Positions 56,547-64,000 of a stretch of DNA of 64,000 nucleotides are shown here, in pieces. Numbering within the stretch: the first letter of the stretch is position 1; the number at the start of each line of letters is the position of its first letter. The notes beneath the pieces were generated by a model. It saw only the letters and a list, made by a program, of their open reading frames with translations, was not told the origin of the DNA and made no database searches. A program made the position numbers and the translations under genes. Source of the DNA: Gemmatimonas sp. (lineage in GTDB: Bacteria > Gemmatimonadota > Gemmatimonadetes > Gemmatimonadales > Gemmatimonadaceae); NCBI GenBank assembly GCA_965279375.1, contig OZ257156.1:1472001-1536000 (forward strand), given 5' to 3'.

Positions 56547-57635
56547 TCAGGGCTTCTTCGCTTCGCCCGCGAGCAGGAGATTCACATGCTCCTGCGCCTG
56601 CTGTAGCCCGCCCTCGGCTTCCTGCCAGCCGATCTTTCCGTCGCCGTTGGCATCGACGCCCGCAGTCAGCTGCGCCGTGAGTGACGCCAGTTGGCTGGTG
56701 AGCGCGGCCGCATCGCTCGCGCTGGTAGCCGCCTGGATCTGCTTGGCCAGTGCGATCGCCTGATCGGCGCGCGCCGCTGCGGCGCGCGCAGCCGTCGCCA
56801 CATGCGCGGCATGCATCGTCACGTTGGGTGATGCGCCCTGCGACTTGGCGGCGAGCTCGATGTGCGCGGCCACGCCGTTCGCCGCCTTCTTGAGACCATA
56901 GCCAAGTCCGGGGCCAGCCGCGACGATCGTGGGGTCAATCGCGTTGATGACGTGACCGGCGTGCATCTTCATCGCGTCGAGATTCGTCGGCGTGCGCATG
57001 GACAGTGCCGCGTGCTGTGCGGCGGTCGCCGCTTCCTTCAACGCCGCAGGGAGCAGTCCCATGTTCATCGGCGTGTCGAAGAAGCTGTTGACCACGTGAC
57101 CAACATGCGTGCCGACTGGGCCATCGGGCACCTTGATCGCTGCGACCGTTGCCGGTGCGGGAGCTGCGATCACTTGTCCGGGCGTTGGAACGCCGGTCTC
57201 CTTGGCGATCACTGCATCGAAGATGCTGCGTGCGCCGGCATTGGTGGCCACGAGATACGTCTTGCGCTGATACTCCGCCTCCGTGGTGCCCGCTCGCTGA
57301 ATGAGATCGGCGATCTGTGCCGAGAGCTTGTCGCGCAGCTGTTGCTGAATGGCCGGCGTCTTGTTCCGAGCCAGAGAGAGCTGGAATTGCGTGGAGTCGC
57401 GTGCCACCGAGATTGCGATCTCGAGCTTGGCGAAGGCCGTGAGCTCCTCGCGTGTCATCCCCGCGGCACCGGCGGTCGCGGCGGGCGGCTGCGCGGCGGC
57501 CGGTGGCGCTGATTGCGCAGCGAGTGGCGCCGTGCGTGCGGGAGCAACGGCGGCGATCGCGAGCGCGGCGAGGAGAGAGGTCGTCGCGCGGGCGCGCGTG
57601 AGGAAGGCGGGGCAAGGCGGGACGCGCAACATCAT
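56547..57635 (-). CDS. Secreted hypothetical protein: DUF4168-like helical domain plus His-repeat helical domain
   Basis: Signal peptide; EELTAFAK; three HxxHV motifs; DANGDGKIG. Confidence 0.7.
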   Translation of the reverse strand: MMLRVPPCPAFLTRARATTSLLAALAIAAVAPARTAPLAAQSAPPAAAQPPAATAGAAGMTREELTAFAKLEIAISVARDSTQFQLSLARNKTPAIQQQLRDKLSAQIADLIQRAGTTEAEYQRKTYLVATNAGARSIFDAVIAKETGVPTPGQVIAAPAPATVAAIKVPDGPVGTHVGHVVNSFFDTPMNMGLLPAALKEAATAAQHAALSMRTPTNLDAMKMHAGHVINAIDPTIVAAGPGLGYGLKKAANGVAAHIELAAKSQGASPNVTMHAAHVATAARAAAARADQAIALAKQIQAATSASDAAALTSQLASLTAQLTAGVDANGDGKIGWQEAEGGLQQAQEHVNLLLAGEAKKP

Positions 57636-57716
57636 GTGCTCCGGAGGTGAGTCGGGCAGAAGCTACGAACTCACCGCTGGCTGCGGAAGACGAGTGCGCG
57701 CGTCCGCCGCTGATTG

Positions 57717-58169
57717 CTACTTCTTGGCGTCGAGCATCGCCTGCATGCGCTTGCGGAAGCGATCCGCCGTCGCACGCCCGTTCTCCGTCTGCGTTGCCGC
57801 CCACTCGGCGTTCCGGAAGCCGATCGGACTGATCTTCTCGCGGTACTCAGCCAGCCAGGGCTCGATTCGCGAATACAGCAGCAGCCCTTCGCCGTTGCTC
57901 TCCATCATGAACTCGGCGTGGATCGTGCCGTGGCGTGCCATGCCGTACGTCATCTCCCAGAAGGTCGCGCACTGACGAAACGCCGCGTTCAGCGGATGAT
58001 CGCCCTTGGTGATCGCGACCACATCGTCGAAGCTGGTGGGAAGAAAGGTGGCGTTGAGCAGACCGCGCGATTCGCGCATGACCGGCTCGCGGCGCAGTTC
58101 GTACAGCTTGAGCACCAGTTCGGCGTCGTGGTGATCCGGAATGTCCTTGACGTTCTTGAAGATCTGCAT
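57717..58169 (-). CDS. DUF4760-like hypothetical protein
   Basis: DAELVLKLYELRRE..MR, RQ..FWE motif. Confidence 0.7.
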   Translation of the reverse strand: MQIFKNVKDIPDHHDAELVLKLYELRREPVMRESRGLLNATFLPTSFDDVVAITKGDHPLNAAFRQCATFWEMTYGMARHGTIHAEFMMESNGEGLLLYSRIEPWLAEYREKISPIGFRNAEWAATQTENGRATADRFRKRMQAMLDAKK

Positions 58170-58404
58170 CGTGGCGACGTGACAGGGGATGAAGTGTCGA
58201 TCCAGCTCGTGACATGGGAGTATCCCGACGCGGGGCCGGTCGTGCAAGTCGCGGTGGCTTGCGCCGCTCTGCTGCAGGGCGCAGCGTAGGGAACGAAACA
58301 ACCCGCCCCGCATCCCCTCACGTTGTTCACGCACGGAGCGATGTATGCGTTACCAGCAGGCGCGCCTGTCCGATTCCATATCCCAGCGTGCGCGCACCCT
58401 CTTC

Positions 58405-59478
58405 ATGACACCTCGCTTCGCGCTGGCGGCCGCGCTGATCGTCGCGCCCATGGCCACTGCGTCCGCGCAGGGTCGCTGCGGTGGCGAGCGCGCCGGCACG
58501 CCCGCGTGCGACACGACACCGGCCAAGGCGCCCTTTGCGCCAACGGGATGGAAGACTGTCGCGCTCGATCACTTCTCGATGCAGGCGACGGACTACAAGC
58601 GCGAAGCCGCCTACTACGCCACGCTGATGAACTGGACGCTGCGCAGCGACGATGGTACGCAGGCGGTGCTCGACATTGGGGATGTCGGCAGCATGGTCAT
58701 TCGAGGCGGCTTTCAGGCGCCGCCGCCGCCTCCGCCTCCATCCGCGGCGGATAGTGCGGCCGCAGCCGGTCGCGGTGGTCGCGGTGGTGGAGGTGCGCGC
58801 GCGCCGCGCAAAGTGGTGTGGGATTCGTTCTGCTGGGTGATCGCGCCGTGGGATGCGAAGAAGGTGGAAGCCGAGTTGATCAAGCGCGGTCTCAAGCCTG
58901 TCGCGGACAACGATGGCAAAGGCTTCGAGAGCTTCCATGTGAAGGATCCCGATGGCTTCGACGTCCAGATCAGCAACGACGCGCATGTGAAGGCACGGAA
59001 GGCGCGCGCGCAGACGGCCGGATTGCCTGTGACCGCTCCCTTTGCCGCGACCGACTGGAAGACGGTATGGCTCGATCACATCTCCTTTGAAGTATCCAAC
59101 TACAAGGAGAGCACGGCGTTCTACACGACGCTGCTGGGATGGAAGGCCACGGGTGACGAAGGCAGTCAGAACGAAGTGGAGATCGGAGATGTCGGCAACA
59201 TCCTGATTCGCGGCGGAAACCCCAACGCGGCTCCGTCAGCTCCGCCAGCGCCACGTCGTGCGGCAATGGGTCATGTGTCCTTTGGTATCACGCGGTTCGA
59301 CGCCGACCAGACGAAGGCTGGGCTCGTGTCGCGTTCGCTGACGAGCCGAGAGGATACGGGCGGCAAAGGTGACATCCACGACCCGGCGGCCAAGTACAAG
59401 AGCTACCACACCACCACGCCTGACGGTTACGATCTACAGATCAGCAACGCCAGCAAGGCCAATCGTACCGTGCGGTAA
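58405..59478 (+). CDS. Secreted tandem VOC-domain protein
   Basis: Signal peptide; duplicated WKTV.LDH.S..., DPDGFDVQI and TPDGYDLQI. Confidence 0.82.
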   Translation: MTPRFALAAALIVAPMATASAQGRCGGERAGTPACDTTPAKAPFAPTGWKTVALDHFSMQATDYKREAAYYATLMNWTLRSDDGTQAVLDIGDVGSMVIRGGFQAPPPPPPPSAADSAAAAGRGGRGGGGARAPRKVVWDSFCWVIAPWDAKKVEAELIKRGLKPVADNDGKGFESFHVKDPDGFDVQISNDAHVKARKARAQTAGLPVTAPFAATDWKTVWLDHISFEVSNYKESTAFYTTLLGWKATGDEGSQNEVEIGDVGNILIRGGNPNAAPSAPPAPRRAAMGHVSFGITRFDADQTKAGLVSRSLTSREDTGGKGDIHDPAAKYKSYHTTTPDGYDLQISNASKANRTVR

Positions 59479-59511
59479 CGACCGCAACTTCTCTTCTCGC
59501 GACGAACTCCC

Positions 59512-59715
59512 ATGCAATGGTCCATTGTCGGCCTCAACATGCTGTATGCCGTGCTGGGCGTGGTACTCATGTTCGTCGCGTATCGCGTGATCGACCTGCT
59601 GACGCCGCAGGTCGATTTCGCGGAGGAGCTCAAGAAGGGCAACATCGCCGTCGGCCTGTTCATTGCCGCCATCTTCATCGCGGTGGCCATCGTGATTGGT
59701 GGCGCGCTCAACTGA
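59512..59715 (+). CDS. DUF350 small membrane protein
   Basis: Two TM helices; DLLTP..DF.EEL.KGNIAVG. Confidence 0.85.
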   Translation: MQWSIVGLNMLYAVLGVVLMFVAYRVIDLLTPQVDFAEELKKGNIAVGLFIAAIFIAVAIVIGGALN

Positions 59716-59718
59716 CGC

Positions 59719-60411
59719 GTGACTGACCCGACGCGCAGCGACATGTCGTTTGCCACTCGCAGTATGCGGAACCTGCTGGTGCTGCTGACGGCGTTGCTAT
59801 GCGTCGGAATTGCCACCTCACGCCCGTTGCTCGCGCAGGGGCGCGCGCCGGCCGATCGCTACGACGACGACTTTCGCAAATACTCCAAGCGCACCTTCGG
59901 CCCCGCCTTCGACTGGCGCATCTTCAAGGCGCAGGGCATGGCTGAGAGCAATCTCGACTCGGCGGCGAAAAGCTGGGTGGGTGCGCGCGGCGTCATGCAG
60001 CTGATGCCCGACACGTTTCGCGAGATTGCGTCGAAAAATCCGGAGCTCGAGCGCATCGACGATCCGGAGATGAACATCGCCGCCGGCATCGCGTACGATC
60101 GTCGACTCTGGTTGCGGTGGGAAAGCGATTCGGTGATGTCCGATCGCGAACGTTTCATGTTTGCCAGCTACAACGCCGGTCGCACGACGCTGCTGAATGC
60201 GCAGCGCGTTGCACGCACGGCCTCTCTCGATCCCCGTATGTGGTCAAATATCGAAACGGTTGCACCGAAGGTCCCGCGCTGGCGTCATGCGGAAACGCTC
60301 AACTATGTGCGACGCATCTCCGACTTCGTCGCGCAGCTGGATGATCGTGGGCGCGTGATCGCCGGCAGCACCACGGCGCGCGGAATGGCCGCACACGGAG
60401 CACGGCGATGA
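59719..60411 (+). CDS. SLT-domain lytic transglycosylase (MltF C-terminal-like)
   Basis: FDWR..KAQ..AES, GARGVMQLMP, ASYNAG, ETLNYV. Confidence 0.9.
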   Translation: MTDPTRSDMSFATRSMRNLLVLLTALLCVGIATSRPLLAQGRAPADRYDDDFRKYSKRTFGPAFDWRIFKAQGMAESNLDSAAKSWVGARGVMQLMPDTFREIASKNPELERIDDPEMNIAAGIAYDRRLWLRWESDSVMSDRERFMFASYNAGRTTLLNAQRVARTASLDPRMWSNIETVAPKVPRWRHAETLNYVRRISDFVAQLDDRGRVIAGSTTARGMAAHGARR

Positions 60412-61406
60412 GCGACTTCCCGAGCATCGAGGCCATTCGCGCCAACCGCGCGCGTTTGGGTGACCTCGTTGTCACGACGCCCGTGCGGCAGTTGGTGGAC
60501 GACGCCGTCGCACGCGCCGTCGGCGCCACCACCGAAGTCTGGCTCAAGGAAGAACTCTTTCAGCGCACCGGCAGCTTCAAACCGCGCGGCGCGCTCTCCG
60601 TGATGCTCGATCTCGACGCCGATGCGCTCGCACGCGGCGTCACTGGCGTCTCCGCAGGCAACCACGCCATCTCGCTCGCCTACTCGGCGCGGGTGCTTGG
60701 CACCACGGCGAAAGTGGTGATGCCCAAGACCGCCAATGCGTTTCGCGTGCAGGTGTGCCGAGAGCTTGGGGCGACCGTGGAGCTGGTGGAGAATGTGCAT
60801 GCAGCGTTTGCGCGCGTGCACGAGATCGAGGCGGCTGAAGGACGCACATTCGTGCATCCGTACGAGGGGCCCAAGACGGCGATGGGGACCGCGTCCGTGG
60901 GGATGGAGTTCATGGATCAGATGCAGCAGTATGGCCGCGCACTCGATGCGGTGATCGTGGCGGCGGGCGGCGGTGGACTCACGGGCGGGGTCGCTTGCGC
61001 GATCAAGCAGATGCGTCCGGAGACGGCGGTGTACGTGGTGGAACCGGAAGGTGCCGACACCATGCGGCGCAGCTTCCTGGCCGGCGCACCGCAGGCCATC
61101 GATGCGGTGCGCACTATCGCCGATTCATTGGGCGCGCCACGCTGCGAGCCGTACTCATATGCGCTCAATCGTCGCTTTGCTGACGAAGTCGTGCTCGTCT
61201 CCGACGATCAGATTCGCGACGCGATGCGACTGACATTCCGTGCGGCCAAGCTGGCGGTTGAGCCCGCAGGCGCTGCCGCACTGGCCGCGCTGATGTACCC
61301 GCTGCGCGCGCGACTCGAGGGTAAGCGGGTCGGCCTGGTTGTATGTGGCGCCAACATCGACATGGCCACCTTCACCACGCAGCTCCTGCAGATGCCGGCC
61401 GCCTGA
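60408..61406 (+). CDS. PLP-dependent threonine/serine dehydratase (serine racemase-like, no ACT domain)
   Basis: LKEELFQRTGSFKPRGA, SAGNH, GGGGL, EPAGA, CGANID. Confidence 0.9.
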   Translation: MSDFPSIEAIRANRARLGDLVVTTPVRQLVDDAVARAVGATTEVWLKEELFQRTGSFKPRGALSVMLDLDADALARGVTGVSAGNHAISLAYSARVLGTTAKVVMPKTANAFRVQVCRELGATVELVENVHAAFARVHEIEAAEGRTFVHPYEGPKTAMGTASVGMEFMDQMQQYGRALDAVIVAAGGGGLTGGVACAIKQMRPETAVYVVEPEGADTMRRSFLAGAPQAIDAVRTIADSLGAPRCEPYSYALNRRFADEVVLVSDDQIRDAMRLTFRAAKLAVEPAGAAALAALMYPLRARLEGKRVGLVVCGANIDMATFTTQLLQMPAA

Positions 61407-61448
61407 CACGCACAGTGCGTGTCAGGCGGAGTGCACGCTCACACGACG

Positions 61449-63998
61449 CTACTGGATGCGTACGAGCGCGACGCGAATCCCGGGTCCGTTGGTGCGCAGG
61501 TCCAGCAGTTGTGCACCCGACTGCGTGCCGCCCAGTTCGTAGAGCGAGAACGCGCCGCCGGGCAGAGAGACCGTAACGTCGAACGCGCCAAAGCTGAGCG
61601 GCGCGGCCACCACCGGATACGGCTTGTTGTAGAACTGCGGGAAGTCGCTGTTCATTCCCGCGAAGATGTCGCGCAGGTTCCAGCTCAGGAATGACAGCCG
61701 CGGGTTGCGTGGGGTGAATCCCGGCAGATCGTCGAGGAGCATTGCCAGTGTGAACTCGCCGAACGACTCCTCCCACGCCCGTCCTGTCCGCTCCGAGAAC
61801 TGCGAGACGCCGATCAGTCGCGGCGCCTGCGTCATCGCCGAGAGAAATGACGCGTCGGATGTAGTGAAGTGGTCCATTGCCCAGCGCACCAGCGCCCAGT
61901 TGCTGCCGTAGAAGCTGCCGTCGTCCGGTGCATTGAACGGACGCCCCAGCACACTCAGCTGCTCTGGATGTACCAGATATCCATACAGTGCATCGAAGTG
62001 ATAGTACGTGACGAAGGGCGTACCGCCGCACTGCGGGTTGAGCGTCGATGAGGGACGCACTTCGCAGAAGAGCGTGTTGGCATAACGCGCATTCGTCCGT
62101 GACGCGAGTCGTTGATAGGAGACTTCGCGTGCGAAGAGTTCCTCGGCGTGAAGCGCGGTGCCTTCCTCGAATGCGTACTGCTCTGGCAGTCCGTCGCCGC
62201 GAATGCGCTCGGCGAACGACGTGATGTGCTTCGCTTCGTGAATGACTGTGCTGCGCATGAAGCGATACCAGAGTTCGCGCGTTCCCTCGCCGCCGCCGCT
62301 GGCGGTCGACGTGGGAACGTACGCGTAAAACATCTCCGCTTCATTGCTTGATGGATACTGCACGGCGGCGAAGAAATCGCAGGCCGCGATGAAGCCGAAC
62401 ACGCTCGTCTGAAACTGGTTCACGCGCGGCGAGAAGAGCATGATGATCTTCCCGTTGTTGTCGAGCAGATCATCCATCTTGAGCGGGTTACCGAAATTCG
62501 TCGTGAGGATCGGGAACGACACACTGTCGAATTCCTGGCCCAGACGCTGGTACAGGGTATCCATCTGGCCCGTGTTGATGCGCGTGCCATTGAACAGTGA
62601 TGCGGTGTCTTCCACGATAATGGCGCGAGTACCGCTGTAGACCGTGCGCGCCTGAATCGGAAAGTTGTTGCGGCAGAACGCCGCGCCGGTGGTGGCGTCG
62701 AGATCGGGAATGCGAAAGCGATTGATGCTGCCCAACGTGCCGACATCGGCGAGTGCGCCGGCTCGCGTCGCGCGCGGGCGCGGCGTGCGGAACGCCGTCG
62801 CGCCCGATTGCAGCAACGCAATGTTGCGCTCGACCACGCGCGCGTGTTGTTGCTGCTGCATTCGCTGCATCATCCCGAGCGCGTTCGCGCCACGGCCCGC
62901 TGCGGTGTTCGCACCGGACGCGCGAGCTGCGGGGAACGCACCCGTCGCGAGCGGTGCGGCGGCAGGTATCGGCGTGGTCGTCAGTGCAGTCGAGGCCGCG
63001 CCACGCAACTGATAGTCGCTGTTGGCGCCGGAGTTGATCGTCGTATTGAAGACGCTGACCACGTAGCGACCGCCCGTTTGCGTCAATTCGTTGCAACGCG
63101 ACTCGGCAGCGTCGGTGAGTACGATCGATTGTCCGACAGTCAGCGCGCGTGGCGTCGCCGTTTGCAGTGGATACGAGCGAATGCCCGCCTCGAGTCCCAC
63201 CTGCACGATGATCTGTCCGCCGTGCGTGGCTTCGCAGGCAAAGCCCGTGGCCGGGATCGTGACCGAGAGCGACGTTGCGGTGGACGCGGTCACCGTCGCA
63301 TTCACACCATCGATGCGCACGAGGTTGCCGGACGCCGTTGGCGAAAAATTGGTCCCGGTGAAGATGACCGAGGCGCCGGGAGTGAGCACTGGTGCGGAGA
63401 TCGACGTGATCGTGGGCGACAGCGCCGTTACGCGCGGTCGGACCGCCACGCGCACGGAGGCAAAGCGCCCCTCCACCGTTGCGAGCACATCTGCATCGCC
63501 AATGGAGACGCCGGTCACCAGCCCACTGCTGCTCACCGTCGCGATGCTCGCGTTGGTGGAGGACCACGCGATGGTTCGATCGGGCAGCGGGTTGCCGGCC
63601 GCATCTCGCAAGACGGGTGTGAGCTGGAGCGTGGCGCCGAGGTTAACCGTTGCGGTGTCGCGCCCAAGCGAGACACTGGCGACTGGAGGCGCCTGCACGG
63701 TGAGTGTCGCCGATCCCGAGATGCCATTCGCGGCTGTCGCCACGATGGTGGTCGTGCCGGAGGCGATGGCGGTGACCAGTCCCGCGCCGGACACCGAGGC
63801 CACGGTTGTCGGCGAGGCGGACCAGGTGACCGACTGACTGAACATCTCGCGGTTGCTCTGATCGAACACGCGCACCGACGCTTGCGATGTCGCGGCGATT
63901 GCGATGCTCGTCGCGGAGAGCGACACGTCGAGTCGGGTGACCGTCGCCACGGGCGTTGGCGGGGCCGTGCTGCCCCCGTCTCCACCGCCCCCTCCACA
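61449..63998 (-). CDS. Lipoprotein with two Big_2 Ig domains, an IPT/TIG domain and a HEXXH metallopeptidase (M30-like); 5'-truncated
   Basis: Frame is open to the edge and reads CGGGGGDGG; TWS...VASVS..GLVTA x2; ITSIS..PG..V.FTG.NF; HEAKH...FEEG. Confidence 0.82.
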   Translation of the reverse strand, partial: CGGGGGDGGSTAPPTPVATVTRLDVSLSATSIAIAATSQASVRVFDQSNREMFSQSVTWSASPTTVASVSGAGLVTAIASGTTTIVATAANGISGSATLTVQAPPVASVSLGRDTATVNLGATLQLTPVLRDAAGNPLPDRTIAWSSTNASIATVSSSGLVTGVSIGDADVLATVEGRFASVRVAVRPRVTALSPTITSISAPVLTPGASVIFTGTNFSPTASGNLVRIDGVNATVTASTATSLSVTIPATGFACEATHGGQIIVQVGLEAGIRSYPLQTATPRALTVGQSIVLTDAAESRCNELTQTGGRYVVSVFNTTINSGANSDYQLRGAASTALTTTPIPAAAPLATGAFPAARASGANTAAGRGANALGMMQRMQQQQHARVVERNIALLQSGATAFRTPRPRATRAGALADVGTLGSINRFRIPDLDATTGAAFCRNNFPIQARTVYSGTRAIIVEDTASLFNGTRINTGQMDTLYQRLGQEFDSVSFPILTTNFGNPLKMDDLLDNNGKIIMLFSPRVNQFQTSVFGFIAACDFFAAVQYPSSNEAEMFYAYVPTSTASGGGEGTRELWYRFMRSTVIHEAKHITSFAERIRGDGLPEQYAFEEGTALHAEELFAREVSYQRLASRTNARYANTLFCEVRPSSTLNPQCGGTPFVTYYHFDALYGYLVHPEQLSVLGRPFNAPDDGSFYGSNWALVRWAMDHFTTSDASFLSAMTQAPRLIGVSQFSERTGRAWEESFGEFTLAMLLDDLPGFTPRNPRLSFLSWNLRDIFAGMNSDFPQFYNKPYPVVAAPLSFGAFDVTVSLPGGAFSLYELGGTQSGAQLLDLRTNGPGIRVALVRIQ

Positions 63999-64000
63999 CG

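Noticed and set aside
1..64000. tRNA, rRNA, IS elements, integrase, prophage or defence systems
   Set aside because: No recognisable motifs, terminal repeats or compositional island seen by eye; a tRNAscan/Rfam/DefenseFinder run would be needed to exclude them formally.

Overview
High-GC bacterial chromosomal segment with about 63 densely packed CDS. Both ends are truncated genes. The gene content (Hanks-type kinase with TolB/TPR tail, Big_2 lipoprotein peptidase, DUF1592/DUF1552 cassette, many exported hydrolases) suggests Gemmatimonadota; this is inference. I found no rRNA, tRNA, CRISPR array, transposase or prophage gene. Most of the window is accessory metabolism and stress tolerance: exported peptidases, amidases and beta-lactamase-fold hydrolases, VOC/DinB/DUF1801/GNAT proteins, and one-component regulators (TetR x2, AraC x2, Rrf2, XRE, membrane LuxR), several with visible operators. 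Highlights: (1) a three-gene exported DUF1592 (two CxxCH) - DUF1552 (HxxSHH) - ankyrin module of unknown function behind a long, potentially structured leader; (2) a proteobacterial-type bciA 8-vinyl reductase with no other photosynthesis genes nearby, suggesting a phototrophic host; (3) a four-cupredoxin-domain multicopper oxidase whose copper ligands sit only in domains 2 and 3, followed by a thioredoxin and a DsbD-alpha-like lipoprotein; (4) an MPG-phosphatase-like HAD gene coupled to a GT2-like glycosyltransferase; (5) a long hairpin that covers the start of an S9 peptidase gene. All family calls come from motif recognition by eye, with no database searches. Many start codons were moved downstream of the ORF-track starts.
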